A DNA stretch of 64,000 nt from Octopus sinensis. Taxonomy: Eukaryota. Both the position numbers and the translations under genes were made by a program. This document shows positions 40,199 to 54,260 of this stretch, in pieces. Location of the stretch: assembly GCF_006345805.1 (NCBI RefSeq), contig NC_042999.1, positions 171,306,001 through 171,370,000 on the forward strand, given 5' to 3'. Within the stretch, counting starts at the first letter, position 1; each line of letters starts with the position of its first letter. A model generated the notes under the pieces. The model was not told the DNA's origin. It saw nothing but the letters and a program-made list of their open reading frames with translations, and made no database searches.

Positions 40199-40244
40199 TC
40201 TCCGATGAAGGGATATAATAAATATCTTTAAAACAGCTGTAAGA
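40199..40244 (+). ncRNA. Degenerate type-I hammerhead motif with palindromic helix III
   Basis: TCT-CCGATGA-AGGGATA-taataaa-TATCTTT-AAAAC-AGCT-GTA-AGA: 7-bp helix II (two G-U), ACAGCTGT palindrome, GUA triplet, and two core substitutions. Confidence 0.7.
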
Positions 40245-40310
40245 GCTTCTATTTATAAATGTTCTAAAATCTTCACAGTCTTGTTTTTTTTAAATCTCAT
40301 TCCGAACACA

Positions 40311-40355
<45 letters not shown>

Positions 40356-40676
40356 ACACACATATATATATATATATATATTTATATCGATATACTCTGT
40401 TGCGTCAGGGGAGAGTCATTTTTCTTTTTGTGCCTTATAAAAGTCTTGACTATTGAAAGCGTTGCAAGACGCAACGAAAATTTTAGGAAATTAAAAAGAA
40501 GAAATAAGTGGAAATTTTACCGGTGTGTGTATTAAATTCTAAGTCACAAAAAGAAAATGACTCTCCCCAGATACAACAGAATATGTTTCAACACACGAAC
40601 TCATATAAAGAATCTTGCAAACCAAATCCCAAAACGAAATATATCGATATATATTTATTTATACATATACAATATG

Positions 40677-40709
<33 letters not shown>

Positions 40710-40733
40710 CAGAGAGAGGGAGAGAGGGAAAAC

Positions 40734-40785
<52 letters not shown>

Positions 40786-40994
40786 CGGAGAACTTGAGCA
40801 AATGCATTTAATGGAATCCTCCGTGTATTCTCATGAATTTCGTAACGGTAATGTAAGGTTCATATAATGAAGATACCTTCGGCCTGAAGAGTAGCCTGCG
40901 GTATACGCCTCGGTTGGATAATTGCTACTTCTGGATTTCCGCTCGTTATGAAATATATGTAGACCGGATTTTATCAACTCCTTTCCTAAAATTG

Positions 40995-41032
<38 letters not shown>

Positions 41033-43594
41033 AAGTTTTGGTAAGATTTTTACGGCTAAATAATAGTTACCTTAAGGAATATAAATCTTTCTCGGATGAG
41101 GATAAATTGAACCCACATAATCGTCAAGTGTTGGTTCACATAGAGGTCGGTTTAAGCTAATCTAATATGTTTTCGGGAACATGGTAACAAGTATATGAAG
41201 TGTTTTATTTATTTCTACTGCTTAGTAAAGCGTTCCAGCTTGCGTCACTTGATTGATAGAAATGCTTGAGAAAGCGAAGGTAATTAGCATACAATGTTAG
41301 GAATATTTTGCTTCCTATCATGTCATGTGATTTCATTTCATTTAAACCCAGTTGCAGCATATTTGCATATGTATGAATGTCTATTAATTGCCAATACTTT
41401 TGTCTCGGCTTATAGAAACCTTCAGTTTTTAAAGAATTTATGTCTATACATAATATACCATGTTTTGTGCTCTATCTTTAATGGCAATTAATGAAGCATC
41501 AATGAGGAATGTAACTCGTTACCATATTTTCAATCAAGATTCTTCCTATGTCCTTTTTTATGCAATGTTCAATAAAATTATAGTAGGGCGTACAAAATTC
41601 TCATTCAGATGAAATTCATTTTATGTCCAATGCGAAGGACGAAGCCGGCGTATTTTTATTTATTATTATTTCATTGATATGTTCAGTATTCGACTGATCT
41701 ACGTTAATATATTTGCTTATGTATTTTTAATGTGTTCTCTTCTCGTTGCCACGAGTACCACAAATACAGCAATGCTGTAGTGTATAAATTCTATAAGACA
41801 TAACTTTGTTACGTTACTTTATATGAATTACATTCTCTTATAATATATGTATGATATAGTTTTTCTTAAAATTTTCTTGAAGCATGAAAAAAAAAGAAAG
41901 TTTATGAATCAACGGTTGATAAATTTTGAAGCATTCTCAGATATTTAGCATACGTTGCTTAATTCATATACAGCTACTGTTATCTCTAGGCCATTGCTGA
42001 ACAAGTGGATCTATGTTCAACATTGGTTCGCAGTTTTATATTTTGTACCAGCCAATGACGGATATTCTAAAATCAATGGCAACGGTTTCATAGATAATTG
42101 AATGCTATTACAGGTGATTTCAGCGTCTATGTGGGAACTGTTACTTTATTTTCGTGTTACTGATGTTGCTTTTCTCATTGTTGTTTCTTGTTACAAGCTA
42201 CTGAGGAGTAACTTAGTGCGGATAAATCTTTGAATGGGCTCCGAAATTGATTGGAATGAAGAAGTTAGCTTGTACACATGAACGTAGAGTAAATGCGTCC
42301 CAAAGAGGTGTCTTTTACAGTGAAGATCAAGTGACATGAACTAGAATGGGTCATGGATTTTCTTTGCCTGCTATTTCCTTAATTTCATCAAAATTCACTC
42401 ACAAAATTAGATAGTAAGTACTGTAGGAGACCGTTATGCAAGCTGTCGCACAGTTGTACTTAACCCGAAACCACATAGTTCGGAAGTCGCTCCAAATCAT
42501 GTAAGCAATTCCCTTGTAGATCTATAGATTGCGTGAAATAGGAAAGATTAAGCAAGTTTTTTCATGTTTCTCCATTTCAGAAGTAGAGTATCTTTCCGTA
42601 TATATAGTCAACTGTCCTCTTCCTCTTTATGATAAAGTTAATGCAACATTCAAGAGGTTCGACATGATTCTATCAGGGCAGCGATAACATCCTAACTTCA
42701 TTGCGATACGTTTGTATATATGCAAAGCAAAAAGAAGAATCATGAAAACAGTGTGGAAAAGAAATAATAAAATACTAGTATTGTATGCGACCTAATAGTT
42801 GGATTTCTTTCGAAGCCTCTCAGATCAATGCTGAGATCTTTGTACATTTTTAATGGACATAAGTACGGCTTATTGCTAGAAGTTTCCTTATGAAAATTTG
42901 ATTCAATATCACTCTGTCACCTCACGGTGTAGAAGAATTATGCTCGTGGTGCATTTAACATAAACTCGAGCCAACTTGAGACTTTGCGTGAAACTGAGTA
43001 TATGGAAACCAGCTTAGTTGTCCCCCGGTCGTACTGGCTTCTTGCCTCACATTTGTCTTACAATGATTCTTCTATCTCAGAATTATGTTAAAAATACATG
43101 TTTATAAAATGCTCAGAATGTCCACGCACTAATTCTACATCACTGAAGTGTTTCACCCCTCAACCGCTTTCATGATTACTGTTTGCCCTTCAGCAGACAC
43201 GTTTTAGCCACTTGGGTACCTGCGACGTATTTACAATTTGATAACATTGAAAGTTCTTAGTAGTCCTGCTAAATTTCAGAAGATTGCATATACCAGATGT
43301 GAGAAAATTAGACTCATATATACGGAAACAATGTTAACATTTTTGTAGACTGAATACACCACAGATGTTCAATATTATAATGAATTATTAAAAATGAAGT
43401 TACAATATTTCTGAATATATCGATATATAGCTGAAAAGTGGAAAAAATATTACTGCTCGAATAGCGGCATAAAATAATGTATGTATGTTTGAATGCTTGT
43501 ATGCATATGTACACTCATACATATGAGCGTATACATGCATGTATGTAAACATGTATGCATCCATTTATATATGTATATATGAATATATGTATGT

Positions 43595-43648
<54 letters not shown>

Positions 43649-43687
43649 ATATATATAATATATATATATATATATGTATATATAAGA

Positions 43688-43767
<80 letters not shown>

Positions 43768-44654
43768 AGTTAATACGTACACACATGAATATGAATGCGT
43801 GCATGTTTACCTTTAGTCAGAGAGAGTGCATCAGTTTGAAAGAGGGAAATACGTATCAAAACTCTTCGCTAAATTAATAAAGATAATTTCAACATAAAGC
43901 TTTGAGACAAAACTAGAAAGCTATTGGCGTCATTCCAAATACTTCATCACAAAACTGGTCTTTGATCGATTTAATCTGCAACACGTACATATATACATGG
44001 AGTAGAAGCTCGTATGAAAAGGAGAGCTATTGAAAAGTATATCGAAAGAAATATATATATATATATATAGGTTGATTAGCGCGAGGGAAGATTATATTGA
44101 AAAAAAAGCTACTTTTCTACTTAAAAATTGAAAACAGATAACAGGACAATCAGAGCAACAAGGAAACAAAATAAGAATTGAAACGGAAATGTTAGGTCTA
44201 TTCAATGAGAAGAGAAAGACTATATTTTACTTGTCAGTAACCAATGCGCATAAATGGTGGAAAATTACACCCTTTACAAAATTTGACAATGATTCAAAAG
44301 AATCTGGATAATAGCGGAAGCTGTAGTCTTGATTAAGTCTGTATATGATCGATATATAACTACAAAACAATCCTTACGTAAACTATCAGCATTTCACTAG
44401 TGGTAATTGCTGAAGTGTTGTTGAATATCAATAGAAAATATTATGTCAATATTCGTCACTACATCGTTCTAAATATTGAATGCATGAAGGAGTATTAAAA
44501 ATATTGGCCAATAGGTTACTGTTTGTCAGTTGAAATAGACGGTAAAGTGATACTACAAAATCTTTAGCTGGTGAGAAAATGTGTTACATTATTCTGAGTT
44601 ACGGCTGTGTGTAATGTCAAAGAAATGATGTATTATCATGATTATTGAGATAAT

Positions 44655-44860
44655 TTGTGGTAAAATGGCAGAATCAATAATGCACTGGAGAAATGTATTG
44701 CGATATTTATTTCTATTCTTTACTTTCAAAATCGCCGAAATCAGCTATGACTTGTATCATTTTCGGACAGGTGCCATTCAAATACTGTAGTGTGTGTAAT
44801 TGACTCTCCCTTCCCGGTAAGATTTGCTGGCTTTGTGCGTAAATTAAAAAAGATTATTAG
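44655..44860 (+). mobile_element. SINE family A, old degenerate copy
   Basis: TGGCAGAATC head, TTCAAAATCGCCGA, and tail CTTTGTGCGTAAATTAAAAAGATTATTA resemble the reverse complement of 45260-45472. Confidence 0.55.
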
Positions 44861-45259
44861 CGAAAGGGAGAGGCTAGAAAGTGTCAGAGAGCGTATATAT
44901 CAACCTCACCATCAATCATTGCTGTGAACTGGAAAGCGAAAAGGGAAAGAAAAAGGCTAAACATTAGATTATAGAAATTAGGTAACAAAGGTGGAGTTGG
45001 ATGGAAACTTCCCCAAGTAATTAGTTCGGTAGCGTGGTAAAAAAAACCACAACGAAAAATGTCCATATAACTGCACAATTGAAAATCCCCGAAGATATGT
45101 TAGTTTGCATTTTAGCGTACAAAGTTATACGCGCTGGGAACACTTGTATCAAAGATACAGAAAGTCTAAGAGCATATAAACATACATAAAATCCCACACT
45201 AAAGAAACAACTTCATTGAACTTACGCCAAAATTGTAGATCGTGAAAATCTAGATAATA

Positions 45260-45472
45260 ATACTTTCTATTATAGGTACAAGGCCTGAAATTTGGTGGGA
45301 GGAGATTAGTCGATGACATCGATCCCAGAATATCACTGGTACTTAATTTATCGACTCAGAAAGGATAAAAGGCAAAGTCTACCTCGGCGGAATTTGAACT
45401 CAGAATGTAGCAACGGGTGAAATACCACTAAGCATTGCGTTCATCGTACTAACGACTCTGCCAGCTCGCCAC
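45260..45472 (-). mobile_element. SINE family A
   Basis: ACTGGTACTTAATTTATCGAC..AAAGGCAAAGTC..CGGCGGAATTTGAACTCAGAA..CTCTGCCAGCTCGCC. Confidence 0.88.
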
Positions 45473-45544
45473 GTTTAATAATGATGATGATGATGATAAT
45501 AATAATAATAATAATAATAACAACAACAATAACAACAATAATAA

Positions 45545-46860
45545 TCCGGTTATAAATACGTTGGAATACTTGAGACAGATGGAATGGAATTAAACACAAA
45601 GATATGAAAGAAAAGACAAAGTGTACCTGTGGTGAGTGAGAAAAGTATTGGCTCCAAAGCCGAATGCCATAAACAAGTTCGGCAGTAAACTCTCGCGCAG
45701 CTGCAGTAGTTCGGTATGGCGCTGGAATCCTGAAGTGGGCAGAGGATGAGCTAAAGGAGTTGAAGAAGAAGACAAGAAAGCTCCTAACGATGCATGGTGT
45801 CCATCTTCCACGTGCAGACACTGATCGCCTGTACATGAAGAAAGCAAATGGAGGAAGGGGACAGATAAGAGTGGAAGACTGCGTACGTATCGAACTCGCG
45901 AGTTTAATGGCATACCTATTCCAAAGTAAGGAAAACTTGTTAGTGTCAGTTAGAAACGAGGGAGTATTGAGAGCAGAGAAAAAAGAGAAAACAAAAGATG
46001 AAATACAAAAAGGGTATGAAGACGAATTACGCTAGAAGGGACTACACACAATCAATTCTATGTAAACACAACTGAAGTTTCTAGAAAACACAGGTGGGAT
46101 TGGCAGAAGAATGATCCAATGAAGAAAGTGACTGAGAGCACTGGCAAAGCAAGACCAAGATTTGGCCTCGAACTAGTGTGCCAACCTTAGAAATGAGTAA
46201 GTGTCTACTCTGTGCCACGTCTTTAATAGAATGGACGAAACCCATTTCTATGTTGCGAATGAAAACCGTAGACTTGCCCAAAGCCATTACAAGTTGTAGC
46301 GACACGATGGGTTAGCGAAAATGCTAAATTGTGCGATAAGTGGTGGAAAAAAAGAGGTGCGGTATGAGCACAAACCGCAGAGAGCGGTGGAATCGGGGAC
46401 TTGCAAAATCCTCTATAATTTCCCAGTCCAAACCGATGAGGTGCTGGAGCATAACAGACCGGACCTAGTGGTGGTCAACAAGATAACCACATGTGATATA
46501 TAGTTGATGTGGCGTGCCCCTTTGACCCACGAATAATCCAGAAAGAAGGCGAACAAATACATATATATAATCTTCTGAAGTAGGAAATAGCCCGGCTATA
46601 TCAATTGAAGAAGGTTAAGATAGTGTTAGCTATTGTTGTGTCAGAAAGCAACATCAAGAGTAATATAAAGGAAATCAGAATATGGTGCCCAGTAAAACTG
46701 TCACAAAAGGCTTGCCTCCTTGACACGGTCGGAATAATCGGGAAAATATCTAATAGTAGAAAAGAACAGATTGCATGGCACCGTAAGCTACAGGCAGCAA
46801 TCCCACTACGCATTTAAGACTCCAGGAGTTACAATAAAATCTGTGATAATCTGTATTTTC
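45545..46860 (+). mobile_element. R4/Dong-like LINE fragment, degraded
   Basis: ORF 45760-46035 has KTRKLLTMHGVHLPRADTDRLYMKKANGGRG. ORF 46321-46503 has ILYNFPVQTDEVLEHNRPDLVVV. LSQKACLLDTVGII also occurs. Flanked by (AAT)n. Confidence 0.88.
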
Positions 46861-46940
46861 ATATAATAAAAGTAATAATAACAATAATAATGATAATAAT
46901 AATAATAAGAAGAAGAAGAAGAACAACAACAACTATAATA

Positions 46941-47014
<74 letters not shown>

Positions 47015-47015
<1 letters not shown>

Positions 47016-47360
47016 GTAACCGTGACAAGAGACGCCACGACAATATAACCAGACTTGTCAGTTGGACACTTTGCAACAATTATGAACTTGACAGAGCAAA
47101 ACAATTGGTACGACCACACACCTGAAGGCATCGTCGAAAATGGAAATGCAAAGATCCTATGGGATTTTATGATTCAGTGCGACCATAAGACAGAGAATAG
47201 GAAGCCGGACATAGAAAACAAACTATGCTGGGTCATAGATATAGCATGCCCAACTGGCAACAAGGTATGCGATAAGGAAGAAAGAAAAGTCGAGAGATGT
47301 GACAGGTTAGTTTGGGAAGTTAAGAAGTTGTGGTCGGTGAAAAAGGTAGCAGTAGTACCT
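47015..47360 (+). mobile_element. R4/Dong-like REL endonuclease fragment
   Basis: ORF 47055-47387 has WYDHTPEGIVENGNAKILWDFMIQCDHKTENRKPDI..VIDIACP. Preceded by (ATG)n. Confidence 0.88.
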
Positions 47361-47459
47361 GTGTTACCTTTGTTTACTGATAGTTAACAGCTGACACCGT
47401 AGTATATCTCCAGCGTTAGCAGCTGTACAAAGGCAATGATAATAATAATAGTAATAATA

Positions 47460-47760
47460 ATAGGTAAGTTATGGGGCAACAGGAAAGTAATGGTGATACC
47501 GGTGGCAGCTGGAGCCTTAGGAGCAGTGTCTAAGGGCTTTGAAAAACATATTAAGAATATTGGAGCTGCTGTCGGGCTCGAGGTGATCCATAAGACAGCG
47601 TTGTTGCGTAAAGCTCGCATTCTAAGGAGAGTATTGCCTCGTTGAGTCATAAGAGAAGGCACTACTTGAAACCTTTGATGATTTGTTATTGCCTGCTTTC
47701 AAGTAAAGAATGACCAGTAATTAAGAACTAGCCGAGAGCCTTTCAGAATAAGAACATCGA
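47460..47760 (+). mobile_element. R4/Dong-like 3' end fragment
   Basis: ORF 47436-47645 has VIPVAAGALGAVSK..IHKTALLRKARILRRVL. Preceded by (AAT)n. Confidence 0.85.
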
Positions 47761-47774
47761 CAACAATAATAAGA

Positions 47775-47975
47775 ACCCTTTTAACTGTAGGCACATGTTC
47801 AGAGATTTTCAAGGAGGGGAAGTCAATTACATGAACCCCAGTGTTCGATTGGTACAGTTTTAATCGAGCCAGAAACAATGAAAGTTTACCGTGGCGCCAC
47901 GTGAAATCAGAACGTAAAAGCCGAAGAAATGATGCTAAGCGTTTTTGCCCGTCATTCTATGATTCTCTCAACTTG
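47775..47975 (-). mobile_element. SINE family A, degenerate
   Basis: CCCCAGTGTTCGATTGGTAC..TTAATCGAG..ATGAAAG..TCAGAACGTAA similar to the other family A copies. Confidence 0.65.
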
Positions 47976-50384
47976 TCTTCCAATTAGATACATATTTTTG
48001 TGTAAAAACGATTACCACACTTTCATCTGAAAACATTTTTGTATTTCTTCGTCCTTGTTTATTCCCTATCCTCTCTCCCGCTTCTTATCGTTTCTCCCTT
48101 TACTTTCATCGCCCATTACTTTTTGTATGACCAGAGCAGAAGCATTCTTGTCTTCCTTGTAATTAATAGGAGAATGATAATTAATGAATTCTATCATAGA
48201 ATAAGAGCAATTCTGAAAGCTATATTGAATGCCAAGAACAAAATATAAGTTTATGAAAACGTTAGCATTGCTTCTACTCACATATCGCTGGATCCTTTCT
48301 GAGATAACAAAGTTGTTTCAATGTCAAAAAGCTGTTGGAAATGCATTGTATGCTACACGCAAAACGAGGTATATCTCACATATAACTTCCAAGAAAAGAA
48401 AGCGGTTGGTAAATTCCGCAATATTATCTCTCAAAACAAATTGCAGCCATGTGACTATCTGCCAAACTATAGCAAGCAAACGGAATGGATGATAAAGCTG
48501 CTTCTAAAGTATAAAGGCGCCAAAAGAAATTGGTAAGCATATATAATAAATACCGAAAACATACTCGTGTATGTGTGCGCGTCCGTCTGTATGTTGTGCG
48601 AATTTGTGCGTGTGCGTGTATGTGTGTGTGTGCGCGCTTGAGTTTGTGTGTGAAGATAGCTACGTACGTATATGTATGTATCAATAATCTAGCCGTTGCA
48701 AGAGTGAATATGTATATTTTCACAAGTGAGAATTATAAAGACCAGACAGGAAGATAAAAAGTAAAATAGAAAACAATGACTACGCAACGAATATCCGACT
48801 CTAAACAATGTTACTCACCAGAAATGTAGAACAGAGAGAGCAAAATATTTTTTGCACCTAAATTGTAATTGAGAAATACCTAGCGTGTGACTATGTAAAT
48901 ATATCTAGCAAAGATTAAAGGTAAATTAATAAAAACAACTACAAAATGTGTTCTGATTTCAATGAATCAACAAATAGTAACCACTATCGATAATATATTA
49001 GAAGTGAGGAGACGGGGGAAACGACATACTTTGTTTTATAATTAAATTCAAAGTGATCTAATAATTACAATATAGAAGGTTGAGCTAACACGGTACCTGA
49101 ACAAGCATACGATCAAACGAGAAATAAAAAAAAAACAAGATAATATCGAAATTGATGATTGACTTCAAAGTGTGAGTCCTGCGTCTGAGATTTACCATTC
49201 TTTTGTTTGTTCATTCTGTCAGTATTTGGAAGGCTACCAGCAGAGCTCGTTAAAACATAAGCCTGATACGAAGGCCCGTGTCTGGATATTTGTAAGAAGG
49301 GGAAAATGATTAAGCCCTGTATTTTTGGCTGGGGAATGTTTAATCATGTTTAATTAAATATAGATCAATTATTGACGAATCCTCTAATGCAAGAGTAGGA
49401 AAACTAACTTTGACTATTATACTAAGGATCTAATATTACAATACATTAAATATAATCAATATGAGAGACCACCTCTGCTCTTATTATTTAATCACAATAG
49501 TTTCATTTCACTTTTTGTTCAGGTAGCAGATGGACAGCATAAGCTGTCGAGCCGGGCAAAACATCGGGCTTGTCCTTTCTAAGTAATTATAAGCAAAAAG
49601 TGAAACAATGTTTCTCGAGACACTCACCACATACAATATTTTTCTTGCACATCGAAAGCTTAAAATGATTGCTTACATATTCATAATTTCTACCACAGTT
49701 AAGATATTTCGATCAGTTAAATCTATTTATGTCGTCCATCTGATTCCCTATCAGTTGTGTATAGCAAAAACACGCTAACACATAATATATATATATATAT
49801 TTATATTAATATATTAGTTAAATATATATATATATATTAATATATTAGTTATATATATATATATATCTTAATATATTAGTTAAATATTTAATATTTAACT
49901 AAGTCACTGAGTACTAATTGAAGCAGCTGTAATTGATGATGATTGATTTGTTGGTAATAATAAACAATTATTTATTTTCTAATATTTATTTTCATTTTCT
50001 TCTTATATATATAGTCTACAGATTAGATCCACAGAATCTCAGTATAGAAGACACTTAGTAGTATTAAACATAATAGTTTACATAATATGTGTAATATGTA
50101 TAATATGTATATATGTATACACGCAAAACGAGAGAAAGCAAAAGATCGAAACTTTCAGATTAATATTTAAGTATAAATGTATAGCTTTTTTATATTAATA
50201 GGTCCAACTTACACAAAGTACAAACGGCAGAGAAAACTAAAGGCGGGGAAGAGAGGTGTTATAAGAGCACCAGCTGTTTCTGGGGGATCGTAGATCCAAT
50301 ATAAAGTTGATAGATGTGGTTCATCAACATATGTGGCCAAAGCGATAAGACGGGCACATGTCATCGGAGTAGAGCATATCTTGC

Positions 50385-50660
50385 ATTTCTACCAAATCCA
50401 CTCACAAGGCTTTGGTCGGCCCGAAGCTATAGTAGAAGACACTTGCCCAAGATGTCACACAGTGGAACTGAACCCAGAACCATGTGGTGGGTAAGCAAGC
50501 TAGTTACCACAAAGCCACTCCTGCGCCTATATGTTTGAACATATTATTTAATGTAGCGCCCCGAACGTACTTATTTCGTAACCATTCTGTGAATATCTTC
50601 ATGGCGGTGCTCCAGCATGGCCGCAGTCAAATGTCTGAATCGAGTAAAACAATAAAAGTA
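50385..50660. mobile_element. SINE family B pieces: head on minus (50385-50530) and tail on plus (50600-50660)
   Basis: CTACCAAATCCACTCACAAGGCTTTGG..CCACTCCTGCGCCT, then GGCGGTGCTCCAGCATGGCCGCAGTCAAATG. Confidence 0.8.
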
Positions 50661-51604
50661 TATAGGAGTGGCTATGCGGAACTTAAATACTTAACTCTTC
50701 ATATTGTAGAAGCCTCTTCATGGTGGTTACCTCAGAATACCATCATCAAAATATTATAATTACTCTTCGTAGGTAACATTGCTTCCAGCCATAACGTCCT
50801 TCACTCCTACTAACGTCCTGCACTCTGGTGCAATTAGCAGACAATTCTATTCTGTCAGATATACAAATAATATGTGTGGGAATTTTTCTCAAGGTAACGC
50901 AGTAGTTTCTCTCCCTTTCTCTCTCTCTCTCTCTATCTCCCTATATATATGTGTGTATGTGCGTGTGTGTGAGTGTGTATATATGTGTATGGTTATATAT
51001 ACATATAAATACATATATACATACATATACCATATCATATTGGAACCTTTAAAATATCGGAAAAAGACGCGAATTCTTAAATGCCGAAAAAAAAAACAAA
51101 GACAAAAGGTAGAATGTTAATTAACATGAATTTGCAAAGGATGAAGAACTGCCCTCACAACTGGACATGCCAATTCTTAGAGACAGTAAGATTAGCTCTA
51201 ATCGCCAGATGTCATTGTCTAAGACAGTCGTGAAATAAATGCCCTTTAAACGACAAAATAATCCTAACTGACAATGATTTATCTCTACGCGAATGAAAGA
51301 AATATCATAAAATAAATAAACGCAAATAGGAATAAATAAGAAGAAATAGTCATCTGGCAAAAACATTCATCAATATAATTGACGCTTTGATTTTCCTTTA
51401 AGAAAATACAAATCTTGTTTTGAGGAATTATGCATAACAATCAGCATGGTGGCACGTTCAATAATTTCTCTGCTTGTTATATGTAGAATGCAATCATAAT
51501 GCAGGAAAGAAACTAGTAAGGTAATATCTGAGTTTGTGTGCGAATGTATGTGTGTGTGTGTCTATATTTATACACACACATTTCTATGTATGTAGTTGTA
51601 AATA

Positions 51605-51634
<30 letters not shown>

Positions 51635-51636
<2 letters not shown>

Positions 51637-52048
51637 CTCTTTTACTCTTTTACTTGTTTCAGTCATTTGACTGCGGCCATGCTGGAGCACCGCCTTTAAT
51701 CGAGCAACTCGACCCCGGGACTTATGCTTTGTAACCCCAGTACTTTTTCTATCGGTCGCTTTTGCCGAACCACTAAGATACAGGGACATAAACACACCAG
51801 CATCGGTTGTCAAACAATGCTAGGGGGACAAACACAGACACACAAACGCACACAAGCATATATATATATATATATACATACATAGGACGGGCTTCTTTCA
51901 GATTCCGTCTACCAAATCCACTCACAAGGCTTTGGTCGGCCCGAGGCTATAGTAGAAGACACTTGCCCAAGGTGCCATGCAGTGGGACTGAACCAGGAAC
52001 GATGTGGTTGGTTAGCAAGCTACTTACCACAGAGCCACTCCTGCGCCT
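51635..52048 (-). mobile_element. SINE family B, full length (tRNA-derived head, internal TA/TG microsatellite, AGAGTAAA tail)
   Basis: Minus strand starts AGGCGCAGGAGTGGCTCTGTGGTAAG (A-box) and continues GGTTCAGTCCC (B-box) and GGCACCTTGGGCAAGTG (CORE-like). Several partial copies occur in the window. Confidence 0.92.
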
Positions 52049-52091
52049 ATATATGCATATTTATACATGCACACAATTCTATGTATATTGT

Positions 52092-52162
<71 letters not shown>

Positions 52163-52982
52163 GTGTGTTCGTGTGTGCATGTGAGAGAGAGAGAATATGT
52201 GACATGTTTTAGTACTTTTATTTTATATACATACACACACAATCTAATCTTATGATATTACTCAAAATTGTATGCAAATGACTGTTATTTGCATAAATTT
52301 TTCTGCACAAATTTTCTTTATCAGTGTATGCAAAGTGCGAAACCTATGGAAAAATGACAGTAATTTTACCATTTCTTTCGTATTTCATAATGAAATTGAC
52401 CTGCATGACCATGCTCGGATATTATATAAAGCGAGACTGTGGCGCCACTAGCGAATTGTCGTTATGTAGTAGCCTCAGAACAATTTAGCTTCTTTATCAA
52501 TCCAATGATTATATATAAATTAAAATTTGGTGTTTGGACACACTATAGTCTAGCCGGTTAAATTCTTGGCAAATTTTCTCAAAACATTTTTAACATTACG
52601 TTTGATTAGTTGAAGCCTTATATTGATTGTATAATGCCGTTAACGAATGAATGTAACCGATTAAGAAAAGTTCTGAATGCAAATGCATAATAACTTTGCG
52701 GTCCATGGCAAAGGGAGGGTTTGTGTATGCACAAGGAACTAAAGGATGTATGTAGCAAATTACTTAAAACGAGAGACACTATCTATCGCAATGGATATGA
52801 ATATATGTGTACACATGCACAAATATTTTCGATCATATGTTTAATAGATATAGAGCAACATCTGTGTGATTAGAGAGACTGTGGTTAAGCAACGTGCCTA
52901 ATATTTGCCGGGAAATAATTATAAACAAATACAAATACATACAAGCAAACATAATTCATACTTCCATACCTACACCCGCTCC

Positions 52983-53039
<57 letters not shown>

Positions 53040-53041
<2 letters not shown>

Positions 53042-53197
53042 CGACGGCTTCTTTCAGTTTCCGCCTACCAAATCCACATGTCTTTGGTCGGCCTGAGACT
53101 ATAGTAGAAGACACTTGTCCAAGGTGCCACGCATTAGGACTGAACCCGGAACCAGGTAGTTGGTAAGCAGGCTACTTACTACACAGCCACTCCTGCG
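53040..53197 (-). mobile_element. SINE family B, head half
   Basis: Matches 51885-52048. Confidence 0.88.
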
Positions 53198-53467
53198 TAC
53201 ATATGTGTGTGTGTCTGTGTGTGTGTGTGTGTGTGTGTATGAGTGTGTGTGTGTGTGTTTTCAAAGATAATATGGAAGTATAACAAAAGGATCAAACGGA
53301 TAATAATAATTTCATATCGTTTGATATTGTTATGATCCTTTGGACGATAACTGATGAAGATTTAGCAAAATTCTATATGTATATTTTCCGTTTTTTCTTT
53401 TCTTGTACTCCTATGTAATGCTTGAACAGTCATGTGGCTGAAACTAGTAAAAGAATGAAAGAATATA

Positions 53468-53812
53468 CGAGTGGCTTTGTGGTAAGAAGCTTGTTTCCAA
53501 CTTCATGATTCCTGGTTCACTTGCACTGCATGGCATCTTGGGCGACTGTTTTTTTTTTTGCTATAGCTTGTGGCCGACCAAATCCTTGTGAGTGTATTTG
53601 GTAGATGGAAACTGAAAGATGTCCGTCGTGTATATATATATATATGTATATGTTTGTATGTGTGTGTGTATATGTGTGTGTGTGTGTTTGTCCCCCTACC
53701 GTCGCTTGACAACCGATGTTTGGTGTGTTTACGTCTACGTAACTTAGTGGTTCGGCAAAAATCCCCGATAGAATTGGTACTAGGCTTACAAATAATGAGT
53801 CCTGGGATGAAA
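53468..53812 (+). mobile_element. SINE family B, near full length
   Basis: GAGTGGCTTTGTGGTAAGAAGCTTG..GGCATCTTGGGC..CGCTTGACAACCGATG..GGTTCGGCAAAA. Confidence 0.88.
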
Positions 53813-53859
53813 TCACTAAATCACTGCAAAAAATCTCACAAAGGCAAAACTATTTTCTA

Positions 53860-54260
53860 AAATATCGGACGCAAAAGTGAAGAAATGTAGTCGCTCAAAT
53901 TGCACAACATGCCCAAACTTTCTAGAAGGATAAGAATTCCTTTTTAAAGAGGGACAAAAATTGAAAATCAAATCTGATTTTACTCGTACCTCAGAAAACC
54001 TGATTTATGTTATAAGATGCTCGGGCAGCCACCAAAACTACATAGGATCCACAGGATTATCGCCTAGACGCAAACTCACTCTGCATCAACAGTAGATTGC
54101 ATTCCAGAATACATATACCCTTTAGTGAACACATTGAGAGATGCGCAAAGCAACTTCTACCACAGTTTGTAATCTTTCCATTTTATCAATGTGCCATTGG
54201 AACACCAACATAAGTTAGATTAACTAAGAAAACCTATTTCTTTGTAAAATATAAACCAAA
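53860..54260 (+). mobile_element. Penelope-like element, degraded GIY-YIG endonuclease fragment
   Basis: Manual translation gives KVKKCSRSNCTTCPNFLEG*EFLFKEGQKLKIKSDFTRTSENLIYVIRCSGSHQNYIGSTGLSPRRKLTLHQQ*: a Cys linker plus the NLIY..YIG signature. It is absent from the ORF track because of stops. Confidence 0.88.

Noticed and set aside
40881-40918. CTGAAGA-GTA..TAC-GCCTC-GGTT as a hammerhead
   Set aside because: The GAAA box is absent and the motif is too degenerate to call.
49785-49902. Three TTAATATATTAGTTA units with (TA)n spacers plus a 27-bp palindrome; superficially CRISPR-like
   Set aside because: AT-only slippage product with microsatellite spacers in a eukaryotic context, and no cas genes.
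50385-50660. Twin-priming inversion of a single SINE
   Set aside because: No TSD, and unrelated sequence lies between the halves. Two independent insertions of an abundant family is the simpler explanation.
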